NCBI GenBank assembly: GCA_963555825.3
Contig: CAUVXB020000002.1
Coordinates: 1,440,001 to 1,504,000 of the forward strand
From: Alphaproteobacteria bacterium
Lineage (GTDB): Bacteria; Pseudomonadota; Alphaproteobacteria; JAAXGF01
Reading direction: 5' to 3'
Length of the DNA: 64,000 nucleotides
Part shown: piece by piece, positions 46,641-60,323 of the stretch
Numbering within the stretch: the first letter of the stretch is position 1
Layout: the number at the start of each line of letters is the position of its first letter
The notes under the pieces: generated by a model
Database searches by the model: none
What the model saw: the letters and a program-made list of their open reading frames with translations, nothing else
What the model was told of the DNA's origin: nothing
Position numbers and translations under genes: made by a program

Positions 46641-48089
46641 ATGAGCGAGCCACACAGCGGCGGCAATCCGAGCCCCGACGAATTGTTCTTCACCCGCGCC
46701 GGGCTCGACCGCGCGCGCGTCACCGCGATCGTCGCCGACGCGCTCGACGGCTGCGACGACGGCGAGCTGTACCTCGAATACCGCCAATCCGAGAGCTTCG
46801 CGTTCGACGACGGCAAGCTCAAGAATGCCGGCTTTGACACCGCGCAAGGCTTCGGCCTGCGCGCCGTCGCCGGCGAGGCGACCGGCTACGCCCACGCCTC
46901 GGAACTGAGCGAGGCGGCGATCGAGCGCGCCGCAGCCACGGTCAAGGCGGTGCGCGCGGGCCATGCCGGCACCGTCGGCGAGACCCCGGGCCGCACCAAC
47001 CGCACGCTTTACACGCCCGACAACCCGCTCGACGGCGTCGGTTTCGCCGCCAAGGTCAAGCTGCTCGAGGACATCGACGCCTATGCGCGCGGGCTCGACG
47101 ACCGCGTCCGCCAAGTGATGGTCTCGCTGACCGGCATCTGGCAGGTGGTCGAGATCGTCCGCGCCGACGGCGCCCGCGTCGGCGACGTGCGGCCCCTGGT
47201 GCGGCTCAACGTCAGCGTCGTGGCCGGCGAGGGCGACCGCCTGGAGACCGGCGGCCATGGCGCCGGCGGGCGCGGCGGTTATGCGGCCTATTTCGAGCCC
47301 GAGCACTGGCAGGGCCAGGCCGACGAGGCGCTGCGCCAGGCGCTGGTCAATCTCGAGGCGGTGCCCGCGCCGGCCGGCGAGATGCAGGTCGTGCTCGGCC
47401 CCGGCTGGCCTGGCATCCTGCTCCACGAAGCGATCGGTCACGGCCTCGAGGGCGACTTCAACCGCAAGAAGACCTCCGCCTTCGCCGGGTTGATGGGCGA
47501 GCGCGTCGCGGCGCCCGGCGTCACGGTGATCGACGACGGCACGATCGCCGACCGCCGCGGCTCGCTCACCGTCGACGATGAGGGCACGCCGACCCAGCGC
47601 ACCGTGCTGATCGAGGACGGCGTGCTTGTCGGCTATCTGCACGACCGGCAGAACGCCCGGCTGATGGGCATGGCGCCGACCGGCAACGGCCGGCGCGAGA
47701 GTTATGCGCACAGCCCCATGCCGCGGATGACCAACACCTTCATGGCGGCGGGCGAGCGCGACCCGGCCGAGATCATCGCCGGCGTCGACAAGGGGCTCTA
47801 TGCCGTCAACTTCGGCGGCGGCCAGGTCGACATCACCTCGGGCAAGTTCGTCTTCACCGCCTCGGAAGCCTATCTCATCGAGGGCGGCAAGGTGACGCGG
47901 CCGGTCAAGGGCGCCTCGCTGATCGGCAACGGTCCGGATGTGTTGACCCGCGTTGCCGCGATCGGCAACGACATGGCGCTCGATTCCGGCATCGGCACCT
48001 GCGGCAAGAACGGCCAGGGCGTGCCGGTCGGCGTCGGCCTGCCGACGCTGCTGATCGACGGCCTGACGGTCGGTGGCACCGCGGCCTGA
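46641..48089 (+). CDS. tldD: Metalloprotease TldD
   Basis: GILLHEAIGHGLEGDFNRK, PRMTNT, CGKNGQ. Confidence 0.95.
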   Translation: MSEPHSGGNPSPDELFFTRAGLDRARVTAIVADALDGCDDGELYLEYRQSESFAFDDGKLKNAGFDTAQGFGLRAVAGEATGYAHASELSEAAIERAAATVKAVRAGHAGTVGETPGRTNRTLYTPDNPLDGVGFAAKVKLLEDIDAYARGLDDRVRQVMVSLTGIWQVVEIVRADGARVGDVRPLVRLNVSVVAGEGDRLETGGHGAGGRGGYAAYFEPEHWQGQADEALRQALVNLEAVPAPAGEMQVVLGPGWPGILLHEAIGHGLEGDFNRKKTSAFAGLMGERVAAPGVTVIDDGTIADRRGSLTVDDEGTPTQRTVLIEDGVLVGYLHDRQNARLMGMAPTGNGRRESYAHSPMPRMTNTFMAAGERDPAEIIAGVDKGLYAVNFGGGQVDITSGKFVFTASEAYLIEGGKVTRPVKGASLIGNGPDVLTRVAAIGNDMALDSGIGTCGKNGQGVPVGVGLPTLLIDGLTVGGTAA

Positions 48090-48132
48090 CGTTTCCAACA
48101 CGTTGGTAGGGTGGTCGCCGGCGCCGGGATTC

Positions 48133-48744
48133 ATGCGCCGAATTGCACGGTTTCATTTGGCTGCGCTTGCCGTGGCGATGATGCCCCAGCCGGCCTTGGC
48201 CGAGGCCATCGGCGGCACCTTTACGCTGCAGATCGAGAACGATCGGATCGCCAACACCAACCGGCATTACACCCATGGCACGCGTCTCGCCTGGGTCTCG
48301 GACAAGGCGTTCGACGGGCCGCAATGGGCCAAGGACGCGCTCGAATGGCTCTACCCGCTGGCCGATCTCCGCGCCGGCCGCGTCGGCCCGGTGCTCGGCC
48401 AGAACATATTCACGCCCGAGGACACCCACGCGACCGCGCTGGTGCGCGACGACCGGCCCTACGTGGGCTGGCTCTACGCCGGCATCTCGGTGCACGCCGA
48501 GACCACGCGGCAACGCAACGGCCAGACCATCGACGCCCTCGATTCGGTCGAGTTCGACCTCGGCATCGTCGGACCCGAGAGCTTCGCCGAGGGCGTCCAG
48601 GGCAGCTACCAGGACCCGATCGGCGCGGCGGTCGTCTGGCGCGGCATGCGGCTCGCCTTCACCGACGTCTTCCGGATCAAGGAATTCGACGGCCAGCACC
48701 GCGCCGACCGCTACGGCGCACGCTCGCTCTCAACCCGTCTCTAA
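48133..48744 (+). pseudogene. LpxR/DUF2219 lipid A deacylase with apparent internal deletion
   Basis: END...RHYTHG, GQNIFTP and DRPYVGWL are followed directly by the C-terminal strand; central barrel strands appear to be missing. Confidence 0.65.
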
Positions 48745-48769
48745 CATTTAACACATTGATATATAAGCG

Positions 48770-48930
48770 ATTTAATGGTGTATGACCCCTTTGTTGGAAA
48801 TCGGCCGACTTTATGGGTGTCAGCCGACTTTATGGGTGTCGGCCGGCTTTAAGAGCGGGGTCTACGCTTAACGGTGTCTGACACCGTTATTTTGATGAGA
48901 CGCCGCGAATTGGGTATGTCGCCCGATTAC
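48770..48930. repeat. REP-like cluster: 19-bp tandem repeat and palindrome
   Basis: TC(G/A)GCCGACTTTATGGGTG x2.7 (48801-48851); TAACGGTGTCTGACACCGTTA (48869-48889). Confidence 0.7.
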
Positions 48931-49317
48931 CGGCGGTCGCGGCGCAGGCGCCGCAGCACGGTCGAGCAGGTCATGATCGTCGTCTCGCCGACGGTCATCG
49001 CGCCGCGCACGAAGACCAGCGCGCCGGTGCGCCGGATCACCGCGCCGCGGCATTCGATCCAGTCACCGGGCCGCGCCGGCGCGACGAACTCACAGTTGAA
49101 CGAAATCGTCGCGACCCATTCCGCTTCCCGGTCGACGCCGCGCAACGCGAATGCGGTCAGCGCCGAATCGGCGAAGGCGGTCAGCGCGCAAGCCGGCCAC
49201 CAAGTCGCCGTCGTGTTCGCGGAAGTAATGCGGCCCGGCGTGCATCTCGAACGGCTCGTCCGCATAGAGCACGGCGAAGCCGGCCGGCACCGCGTCGTCG
49301 TCCCGACCGCCGGTCAT
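48927..49317 (-). pseudogene. PaaI thioesterase with frameshifting deletion
   Basis: N- and C-halves are in different frames; the N..G..HGG segment is absent. Confidence 0.7.
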
Positions 49318-49321
49318 CGGC

Positions 49322-49708
49322 TCACGCCGTGGCGGCCATGACGTCGATCTCGATGATCATGGCCGGATCGGCGAGGCCGGCGACCAGGATCAGCGTCGCC
49401 GCGCACATCGCGCCGCCCAGCGCGCTCTCGCGATGGCCGCGGCTGGCCACGATATGCTCGGCGCCGACCATGTAGATGGTCAGCTTGACCAGATCGTCGG
49501 GCGTCATGCGGGCCGCCGCGAGCATCGCCGCGACGTTGCGCCAGGCCTGGGCGATCTGGCCGTCGGCGTCCTCGACCAGGTCGCCGTCCGGGGTAATGCC
49601 GACCTGGCCCGCGGTGACCAGCCAGCGCGCGCGGTCCGGCACCTCGACCGCCTGGTAGTAGGCGGCGACGGGCGCGTAGACCGTGTCGGGATTGTATTTC
49701 GTGAACAT
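49322..49708 (-). CDS. RidA family protein
   Basis: YYQAVEV, AGQVG, TLILVAGLADP..IEID. Confidence 0.88.
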   Translation of the reverse strand: MFTKYNPDTVYAPVAAYYQAVEVPDRARWLVTAGQVGITPDGDLVEDADGQIAQAWRNVAAMLAAARMTPDDLVKLTIYMVGAEHIVASRGHRESALGGAMCAATLILVAGLADPAMIIEIDVMAATA

Positions 49709-49812
49709 GGCACGTGCCTCCTCGTTGCGGCCGTCTCGCGGCCCCTCGGGGAGTCATAGCACGCGCGGCCCGGCCATGGTGCCGCGTGGTTCGATAAGCG
49801 GCCTCGCCGCGC

Positions 49813-50560
<748 letters not shown>

Positions 50561-50674
50561 CTACAATCTAATGCCCGGCGGGCGGATGTCGAGAACGGGG
50601 CGCCTTGCAGTGGGCGCGCCGCTGGGCGACAATCGTCGGGCGGGGGAAGGTTTCAGTTCGGAGAGTTTGTCGCG

Positions 50675-52278
50675 ATGAGTTTTTTAACCGCTAGGCGCGC
50701 CGCGCCGGCGCTCGGCGTGCTGCTCGCGGTGCTGCTCGTCGTCGTCGCGCCGCATGCCGTCGCCGCTCAAGGCCAGGCGCGCATCGCCCTGGTCATCGGC
50801 AATTCGGGCTACGCCAACGCCCCGCTCGCCAACCCGGCGAACGACGCGCGGCTGATGTCGGCGACGCTGCGCCGCCTCGGCTTCGACGTCATCGAGCGCA
50901 TCGACGCCGACCAGAAGGAAATGAAGGTCGCCATCTTCGAGCTCGGCGATCGGCTCGAGCAGGCCGGCAAGGACGCGGTCGGCCTGTTCTTCTACGCCGG
51001 CCATGGCGTCCAGGTCGACGGCGAGAACTACCTGATCCCTCTGAAATCGGAAATCTCGAAGGAGCGCCACGTCGCCATCGAGGCGGTCGGCACGAGTTGG
51101 GTGCTGGGCCAGATGGAGTTCGCCGGCAATCGCATGAACTTCGTCATCCTCGACGCCTGTCGCAACAACCCGCTGACACGCAGTTTCCGCTCGGCGGTGC
51201 GCGGGCTGGCGCGCATGGACGCGCCGAGCGGCAGCCTGGTCGCATATTCCACCGGACCGGGCAAAGTGGCGCGCGACGGCGAGGGCGCGAACAGCGAGTT
51301 CACCGCGGCGCTGGCGCGCGAGCTGACGGTGCCCGGCGTGCCGGTCGAGCAGGTCTTCAAGCGGGTGCGCCGTTCGGTGATGGCGGCAACCAACGATGAA
51401 CAGGTGCCCGGGGAATCGTCGTCGCTGACCGGCGACTTCTACTTCAACGGCACGCCGTCGGGCGAGGGCCAGGTCGCCATCGCGCCGCCGCCGCCGGCCT
51501 CGGCGATCGCCGCGTCGAAGGTGGCGGCCGAAGTCGCCTTCTGGCAGTCGATCGAGGGCAGCCGGGACCCGGCCGACTTCAGGGCCTATATGGAGAAATA
51601 CGGTGAGAGCGGCACCTTCACGGTGCTCGCGCGCAACCGCGTCCGGTCGCTCGGCGACTCGTCGTCGACGCGTTCGACGACGCAGAACGAAGGCGGCATG
51701 TCGGACGCGCAGCTCGCCGCCGAGACCCTGGTCAACGCAAAGCAGATGCTGCTCGAGCTGACCGAAAACGCCGGCGCGGTGATGGGCTCGAAGGACGTGC
51801 CGATGATCGAGCGGCTCGCCAAGTTCCGCGGCATGCTCGGCCATGTCGTCGATTTCGAGCCGATGGCCCGCTTCGTGCTCGGCCGCCAATACGAGCGCGC
51901 GACGGCGGCGCAATGGGACAACTTCTTCCTGCTCTACCAGGAACTGTTCCTGACCGGCTATTCGTTCTCCAAGGCGAAATCCTGGGCCGGCAAATACGAC
52001 ATCAAGGAGATCCGGCCCTACGGCAAGGACCGCTGATCACGGTCGAGTTCATCGACGAGACCGGCGAGTCGCTGACCGTCGGCATCCGCATCCGGCGCAA
52101 GGTCGAGAGCTTCTTCGGCTTCAAGATCATCGACGCCATGACCAAGGGCATCAGCCTCTTGGTGACCCAGAAGGAAGAGTTCGCGCCGTTCCTGGCAAAG
52201 GGCGGCATCGACCGCCTGATCGAGGCGCTCGAGGACCGCGTCGGCAAGATCGCCAAGCCGATCGAGATCCCGGGCTAG
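50675..52278 (+). CDS. Exported caspase-like (C14) peptidase fused to an MlaC/Ttg2D-like domain; frameshift near 52030
   Basis: ALVIGNSGY, YAGHG, ILDACR; C-terminal VDFEPMARFVLG...KIIDAMTKGISLLVTQKEEF continues in another frame. Confidence 0.75.
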
Positions 52279-52716
52279 CGGCGCGGCTGCCCGGCCGCAT
52301 TTGACGCGAGGACACGCCATGGACCAGACGCTGCTGAGTGAGCTCGGCGACGAGACCGAGGGGCTGCGCGAAAGCGGGCTCTATAAGGACGAGCGCGTCA
52401 TCGCGACGCCGCAGGGCGCGGCGATCACGGTCGCGGACGGACCCGAGCTCAACTTCTTCTTCGGCTTCAACGCGCTGGATCGTACGGCTTCGGTTTGTCG
52501 TCGGTCGACGCCATGACCAAGGACGCAGCCTCAGCCTCTTGGTGACCCATCGAATGGAAGAGTTCGCGCCGTTCCTGGCATCAAGGACGCGGCTGATGGC
52601 CAAGCGACCGCCTGATCGAGGCGCTGTCGAGGACCGCGTCGGCAAGATCGCCAAGCCGATCGAGATCCCGGGCTAGCGGCGCGGCTGCCCGGCCGCATTT
52701 GACGCGAGGACACGCC

Positions 52717-53975
<1,259 letters not shown>

Positions 53976-53979
53976 GTTG

Positions 53980-54022
53980 TTTTGCACGGTCATCTTCGCG
54001 TAGTAAAGATGACCGTGCAAAA
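53980..54022. repeat. 17-bp-stem hairpin between kbl and tdh
   Basis: TTTTGCACGGTCATCTT...AAGATGACCGTGCAAAA. Confidence 0.75.
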
Positions 54023-54051
54023 AATGCCACCGCGCAGCCGGGAGGGCCGCC

Positions 54052-55077
54052 ATGAAGGCGCTGGTCAAGTTGAAGCCCGAGCCGGGCATCTGGATGGACG
54101 AGGTGCCCGAACCCAGCGTCGGCCACAACGACGTCTTGATCCAGATTCGCAAGACGGCGATCTGCGGCACCGACGTGCATATCTACAACTGGGACGACTG
54201 GTCGAGGAAGACCATCCCGGTGCCGATGACGATCGGCCACGAGTTCGCCGGCGAGGTCGTCGAGGTCGGCGGCGAGGTCGCCGGCTTCGAGCCGGGCGAC
54301 CGGGTCTCTGGCGAGGGCCACATCACCTGCGGGCATTGCCGCAACTGCCGCGCCGGGCGGCGGCACTTGTGCCGCAACACGGTCGGCGTCGGCGTCAACC
54401 GACCGGGCTGCTTCGCCGAGTATCTGGCGATCCCGGCGGTCAACGCCTTCCACCTGCCGCCCGAGATCGGCGACGACATCGCCGCGATCCTCGATCCGCT
54501 GGGCAACGCGGCGCACACCGCGCTGTCGTTCGACCTGGTCGGCGAGGACGTGCTGATCACCGGCGCCGGGCCGATCGGCGCCATGGCGGCGGCGATCTGC
54601 CGGCACGTCGGCGCGCGCTTCATCGTCGTCACCGACATCAACGACTACCGATTGGAGCTCGCCGCCAAGCTGGGCGCGACGCGCACCGTCAACGTCACGG
54701 GCGAGACGCTCGACGACGTCATGGCGGAACTCGGCATGGTCGAGGGCTTCGACGTCGGCCTCGAGATGTCGGGCAGCCCGGCGGCGTTCCGCGACATGCT
54801 GCGCGTCATGAACCACGGCGGCCGGGTCGGCATCCTCGGCATCCCGCCCGAAGAGGCGGCGCTCGACCTCAACGCGGTCATCTTCAAGGGGCTGACGCTC
54901 AAGGGCATTTACGGCCGCGAGATGTTCGAGACCTGGTACAAGATGTCGTCGATGCTGCAGAGCGGGCTCGACGTCACGCCGGTGCTGACCCACGGCTTCG
55001 GAATCGACGCCTTCCAAGAGGGCTTCGACGTCATGCGCTCGGGGAGATCGGGCAAGGTCGTGCTCGATTGGGCCTGA
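54052..55077 (+). CDS. tdh: L-threonine 3-dehydrogenase
   Basis: [33 protein letters not shown]. Confidence 0.96.
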   Translation: MKALVKLKPEPGIWMDEVPEPSVGHNDVLIQIRKTAICGTDVHIYNWDDWSRKTIPVPMTIGHEFAGEVVEVGGEVAGFEPGDRVSGEGHITCGHCRNCRAGRRHLCRNTVGVGVNRPGCFAEYLAIPAVNAFHLPPEIGDDIAAILDPLGNAAHTALSFDLVGEDVLITGAGPIGAMAAAICRHVGARFIVVTDINDYRLELAAKLGATRTVNVTGETLDDVMAELGMVEGFDVGLEMSGSPAAFRDMLRVMNHGGRVGILGIPPEEAALDLNAVIFKGLTLKGIYGREMFETWYKMSSMLQSGLDVTPVLTHGFGIDAFQEGFDVMRSGRSGKVVLDWA

Positions 55078-55211
55078 TTCTCGGTCTGACTGTGACGGCT
55101 GCCGCTGCATCGCCGGCCAACATCTGACAACATAATCTCGGGGTATAATGTATTGTGACCGTATCATATGGTGGTCAGCCAAGAAGCGAGGGCTGGAGAA
55201 ATGCGCACTAG

Positions 55212-55988
55212 ATGGGTGAACTGCTGATCTTTCGGAAGGCCGTCGCGGACGCGCAGCCCGAAGTCTGCTTGCGTTCCGGCGTCAGCTACCCCGATTGGTC
55301 GGCGGTCGATTCCAACGCGGTGCGCGGTGCGCTCGGTGCGATGCTCGGCGCGGCCGACGTGACGCGCCGTTGGTCGGGCATCGCCGAGCCGGAGGACCGG
55401 GTGCGCCGGGCCGTCCTCGATCACTACGCCGAGACCGGTTATCCGCCGTCGGTGGCGCGGCTGACCGCGGCCACCGGCCTCGAGCCGGAAGACGTCCGGC
55501 ACGTGCTCGGCACGCTTGCCGCGCGCGACATGATCGCGCTCGGCGTGAGCGGCGTGACCATCACCGGCGCCGCCCCGTTCACCGAGAGCGATACGCCGAA
55601 CACGGTCTGCCTGGGCGGCCACGAGATCAACGCGACCAGCGCGATCGACGCGCTCGGCGCCGGCATCATGTGCCGGCGCGACGTCGAAATCAGCTCGCGG
55701 TGCCCGGCCTGTGGCGGCGCGATCCAGCTCGAGACACGCGACCGCGGCGCGGCGCTCGGCCGCGCCATGCCGCGCGGCATTGTCGTTTGGATGGACTCGG
55801 ACCCTGTCGGTGACCGCGCCGCGGCCCCGTCGGGCCGGACGACGGCGTTCTTCTGCGCGGCCGACCATCTCGCCGCGTGGCGCAAGTCGGCCGGCGCTGG
55901 CGCCGAGGGCGTCCGGCTCTCGCTCGACGAGGCGCTGCAGGCCGCCAAGGCCCTGTTCGGCCCGCTGCTGGCCCCCGCTCTTAACTAG
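55212..55988 (+). CDS. MerB-like (alkylmercury lyase fold) protein with N-terminal HTH
   Basis: APFTE, SAIDALG, ISSRCPACG, FFC...W, LSLDEA. Confidence 0.7.
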   Translation: MGELLIFRKAVADAQPEVCLRSGVSYPDWSAVDSNAVRGALGAMLGAADVTRRWSGIAEPEDRVRRAVLDHYAETGYPPSVARLTAATGLEPEDVRHVLGTLAARDMIALGVSGVTITGAAPFTESDTPNTVCLGGHEINATSAIDALGAGIMCRRDVEISSRCPACGGAIQLETRDRGAALGRAMPRGIVVWMDSDPVGDRAAAPSGRTTAFFCAADHLAAWRKSAGAGAEGVRLSLDEALQAAKALFGPLLAPALN

Positions 55989-57166
55989 TGTCCTGATCGA
56001 TAAATTGATATGATTATGTCTCTATTTGTTTTTAGGAGGCGCGATTGATGGCGAGAGTGGCGGTGACGATCTCTTTGAGCGATGACGAGCGCGCCGAATT
56101 GGAGGCGCTGTCTCGTCGTCGCAAGACGTCGCAGGGGCTTGCGCGGCGGGCTCGGATCGTCTTGGCGGCGGCGGAAGGGTTGGAGAACAAGGAGATCGCC
56201 GTTCGTCTCGAGGCGAGCGCGGACACCGTGGGCAAGTGGCGTCGCCGCTATGCGGCGGAGGGCCTCGACGGTCTGTACGACGAACCCCGCCCCGGCGCGC
56301 CGCGTCAAATCGGCGATGACGCCATCGCGGAAGCGGTCCGGCTGACGCTGGAAGAGACGCCGCCGGACGCGACCCATTGGAGCCTTCGCTCGATGGCGCG
56401 GGCGAGCGGCCACGCGCCCTCGACCATTCATCGCATCTGGCGGGCCTTCGGCTTGCAGCCGCATCGCTCGGAGACCTTCAAGCTGTCGAGCGATCCCTTC
56501 TTCGTGGAGAAGGTCCGCGACATCGTCGGTCTGTATTTGGCGCCGCCGGATCGTGCCCTGGTTCTCTGTGTCGACGAAAAGAGCCAGATCCAGGCCCTGG
56601 ACCGTTCCCAGCCCCTCTTGCCGATGCGCCCCGGGCAGGCGGAGCGGCGCAGCCACGACTACAAGCGCCACGGCACGACCTCTCTCTTCGCGGCCCTCGA
56701 CATCGCCACGGGAGAGATCATCGGCAAATGTTTCCCGCGCCATCGGGCCCGAGAGTTCCGCAAATTCCTCGACCTCGTCGAGGCGAACGTCCCTGCTGAT
56801 CTCGACATCCACATCGTCATGGACAACTACGGGACCCACAAGACCAAGGCGATCCGCGACTGGTTCGCCAAACGGCCGCGCTGGCAGGCCCATTTCACAC
56901 CCACCAGCGCCTCCTGGCTGAACCAGGTCGAGCGCTGGTTCGGGCTGCTGACCGACAAGCAGATCAGGCGCGGCGTCCATCGCTCCACCAAGGAGTTGGA
57001 GCGCACCATCCTCGACTACATCGACACGACAAACCAGAACCCCAAACCCTTCAAATGGACCAAATCCGCCGATGACATCCTCGGCGCCATCCAGCGCTTC
57101 TGCCTCCGAACAATCGAAATCGCTGAACAGCAGGCGAAAATCATGCGAACTTCGGAATCGGGACAC
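55988..57166 (+). mobile_element. IS630-family element B
   Basis: IR GTGTCCTGAT/ATCGGGACAC; TA duplication within CTAG. Confidence 0.92.
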
Positions 57167-57169
57167 TAG
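56048..57169 (+). CDS. IS630 transposase (single ORF)
   Basis: [27 protein letters not shown]. Confidence 0.93.
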   Translation: MARVAVTISLSDDERAELEALSRRRKTSQGLARRARIVLAAAEGLENKEIAVRLEASADTVGKWRRRYAAEGLDGLYDEPRPGAPRQIGDDAIAEAVRLTLEETPPDATHWSLRSMARASGHAPSTIHRIWRAFGLQPHRSETFKLSSDPFFVEKVRDIVGLYLAPPDRALVLCVDEKSQIQALDRSQPLLPMRPGQAERRSHDYKRHGTTSLFAALDIATGEIIGKCFPRHRAREFRKFLDLVEANVPADLDIHIVMDNYGTHKTKAIRDWFAKRPRWQAHFTPTSASWLNQVERWFGLLTDKQIRRGVHRSTKELERTILDYIDTTNQNPKPFKWTKSADDILGAIQRFCLRTIEIAEQQAKIMRTSESGH

Positions 57170-57244
57170 GTTGGTTTCCGGTCACCTTTTGTGACGCAAA
57201 GCCTGCGGCTTTGCTGCGCTCAATCGCCGCGCATGCCAATCTTA

Positions 57245-58419
57245 TACCAGTGAGCGCCTGAATTGACTCTCGGGATATTCATTGATGGCGGATGATGGCG
57301 GATTGTGATTCTATGGTCTCCCACCAGATGTGGGGGATGTCATGGGATCAGCACTCAAGATACGGGATGATTTGACGCCTTTGGAGCTTCGGCGCTGGGC
57401 TCGCGTGGAATCGTACGGTCGAGCGGCGGCGCGGGCCTATGGGATCGCGAATGCTTTGGAGGAGATGCCCCGGGCTGATGCCGCGCGGCTTGCGGGGATG
57501 GATCGCCAAACGCTTCGCGACGCGGTTGTTCGTTACAATGCAAAGGGATTGGAGGGGCTTCACGACCGTCCAAAGGGCTACTCGCCGCGGCGGCTGACGG
57601 CAGACGAGGAAGCGGCGCTGGCGGCGGTCATCATCGCCGGGCCGGAGCCTGAGCGCGACGGGGTTTGCGCCTGGACCCGGGCCGATCTGTGCCGCTGGCT
57701 GGAGGAGCGCTTCGCCAAGACCTACCACCCCTCGAGCATGACCCGGGTTCTACGGCGGATGGGATTTTCCCGCCAGAAGGCGCGCCCGAGCCACCCGCGA
57801 AGGGACGCCGAAGCGCAGGAGCGCTTCAAAAAAGGGGGCTTCGCGACATCCTGAAGGCGACCGCCGCGGCGCATCCCGACAAGCGCCTACAGCTGTGGTT
57901 TCAGGATGAAGCGCGCGTCGGCAACAAGGGCCGGGTGTGTCACCGGTGGTGGCGCAGGGGCGAGCGTGCCCCCGGGACGCGTCAAATCGGCTACCAGTGG
58001 GCCTACATCTTCTCCGCCGTGCGCCCGGACACCGGCGACGACGTCACCCTGGTGATGCCGAGCGTCAACGCCAAGGTCATGGACCTGTTTCTCGCACACT
58101 TCGCCGATACCCTGGACCAGGATGCGCACGCCGTCATGATGTGCGACGGCGCCGGTTGGCACGACGAGCGCGCCCTCACCGTCCCCGACAACGTCACCTT
58201 GGCGCTGTTGCCGCCTTACAGTCCCGAACTCAACCCCGTCGAGCGGGTTTGGCTCTACCTACGCGAACGCTTCCTATCGCTCCGCGTCCTCGACGACACC
58301 GAGGCCATCATCGACGCCTGTTGCCAAGCATGGATCGACCTCATCGCAGAACCGGATCGTATGCGAACCCTCTGCGCCTATCCATGGATCATGAAGGTGA
58401 TTTCATAGGCTCACTGGTA
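57245..58419 (+). mobile_element. IS630-family element A, copy 2 (ORFs 57330-57854 and 57665-58408)
   Basis: Same length, IRs and ORF translations as 7664-8838; duplicated TTA. Confidence 0.93.
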
Positions 58420-58649
58420 TTAATCCCACAAGGCCATTCTTGATCCCACAAAGCCAATTGTCAATGGCGGAGCAAAAAGGGACCACCTCGGCGGTGTAAG
58501 AAGGGACCGCTTGGCGGCTGCGGGCTTGTCCCCGTAGTCCACGGGAGGGCCCCGCGCGCGACGCGGCGTGCCCTCAACAGGCTGACGCGGCGGCGCGCGC
58601 GGGAGGGACCTGTGGGCCCACGGGGTCAAGCGTGGGCTGGGTGGTCGGT

Positions 58650-59414
58650 TCAGTTAGCAGTCGGGGTTTGACGCCTGCGGCTCTGGTTGAGCCTGTAGCT
58701 GTCACCGTTCATCTCGAGGATGTTGACGTGGTGGGTGAGGCGATCGAGGAGCGCGCCGGTGAGGCGCTCGGAGCCGAACACCTCGGTCCATTCGTCGAAG
58801 GGCAGATTGGTGGTGACCAGGGTCGAGCCCCGCTCGTAGCGTTGGCTGAACACCTCGAACAACAGCTCGGCGCCGGTCTTCGACAGCGGCACGAAGCCGA
58901 GTTCGTCGACGATCAGAAGCTTGTAGGTGGCGAGCTTCTTCTGGAACCTCAGCAGCTGCTTGTCATCGCGGGCCTCGATGAGTTCGTGGACCAGCGCGGC
59001 GGCGGTGATGAAGCCGACCGAGAGGCCCTTCTGGCAGGCCGCCAGGCCGAGACCGAGGGCGATGTGGGTCTTGCCGGTCCCACTGTTGCCGAGCGCGATG
59101 AGGTTCTCGCGGCGCTCGATGTACTCGCAGCGGGCCAGCTCCAGGACCAGCGCCTTGTTGAGCGAGGGGATGACCTTGAAGTCGAAGCTGTCGAGGCTCT
59201 TGACCACGGGGAAGCGCGCCGCCTTGATGCGCCGCTCGACCATGCGGCGCTCGCGGTCGATCAGCTCGAGCTCGGCGAGTCTCAACAGGTAGCGGACGTG
59301 ATCGACGCCTTCCGAGGCGCACTGCCGGGCGATCTTGTCGTACTCGCGCAGGAAGGTCGGCAGCTTCAGCGTCTTGAGGTGGTGGGCGAGCAGCACTTGC
59401 GGTGTGTCGGTCAT
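58650..59414 (-). CDS. istB: IS21 helper ATPase
   Basis: GNSGTGKTH, LLIVDELGF, ALLDRLTHH. Confidence 0.95.
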   Translation of the reverse strand: MTDTPQVLLAHHLKTLKLPTFLREYDKIARQCASEGVDHVRYLLRLAELELIDRERRMVERRIKAARFPVVKSLDSFDFKVIPSLNKALVLELARCEYIERRENLIALGNSGTGKTHIALGLGLAACQKGLSVGFITAAALVHELIEARDDKQLLRFQKKLATYKLLIVDELGFVPLSKTGAELLFEVFSQRYERGSTLVTTNLPFDEWTEVFGSERLTGALLDRLTHHVNILEMNGDSYRLNQSRRRQTPTAN

Positions 59415-60119
59415 GCGCCGAGCCCCGACAGCAGGCTCATGTACGACTTGGCGGACGTCATCGCGACCCGGGCGCGCGGCAGATACGGATAGACGTCGAG
59501 GTTGAGCCTGGGCGGCCGCCGCTCGATGCGGCACAGTACCAGGTGCTTCACCGCATCAAAGCCGATTGCGCCGAGCCGCAGGGCGTCGCCGACCGCACCC
59601 TCGACCTCCTCGAGCCGGAAGGTCTCCAGTAGACGGAGCACCTGGACGTACTCGCGCTTGCCTGCCTTGCCCATACGAGCTTCGAGGAGCCGCCGCAGAG
59701 TGATGAAGGCCTCGGGCAGGTCCCAGCCCGCCAATGGCGCGGCCTGGTCGAGGGCGCCGATCTTCTGCTCGATCAAGGGCAGGTAATGCAGCGGGTCGAA
59801 GATCAGGTCCTCGCTGTCGTAGGACCGGCGGTGCCGGGCGATCACCTCGGCCCCGCAGCTGATCACCACCTCATCGACGTAGCCCCGGATGAGCACCTCA
59901 CGGTGGCCGTAGGCCACGGGCACGGAATAGTCGTTGCTGCGGTAACGCACCAGCGACAGCGAACTCGCCCGTCCAGGGCGCTTATCGCAGGCATCATAGG
60001 GAGCAGGCGGCAATGGCAAGAGAACTTGACGATCCCGCTCGAGACGCTCGCCGATGGTCTCCTTGTGAGGCCCCGCAAGCCGCGCCGCCTTCCATTGGCG
60101 CCAGGGCGGGTCGGCGTGT

Positions 60120-60323
60120 TTCGTGCGAGTGATCGCATCACCTTATATCCGGCAGCTCCGATCCGGCTTGATGCTGTATACATGGACCATCACAGGACGG
60201 GGATGGGACTAATCTTGTGGACGGCACCTTCGCCAAGGAGACATGCAGTCACACATCCAACCTGCCAACAAGCGTTCCCATCGGGGAATGAAGCCCGTTA
60301 GAACGCTGAGCTGATCCGCAGTC
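60120..60323 (-). ncRNA. Candidate bridge/seek RNA, copy 1 (boundaries approximate)
   Basis: Guide-like segments at 60235-60244, 60214-60220, 60170-60177 and 60142-60148 match target and donor. Confidence 0.75.

Noticed and set aside
48801-48851. Possible CRISPR array
   Set aside because: Units are directly tandem with no unique spacers, and there are no cas genes in the window.
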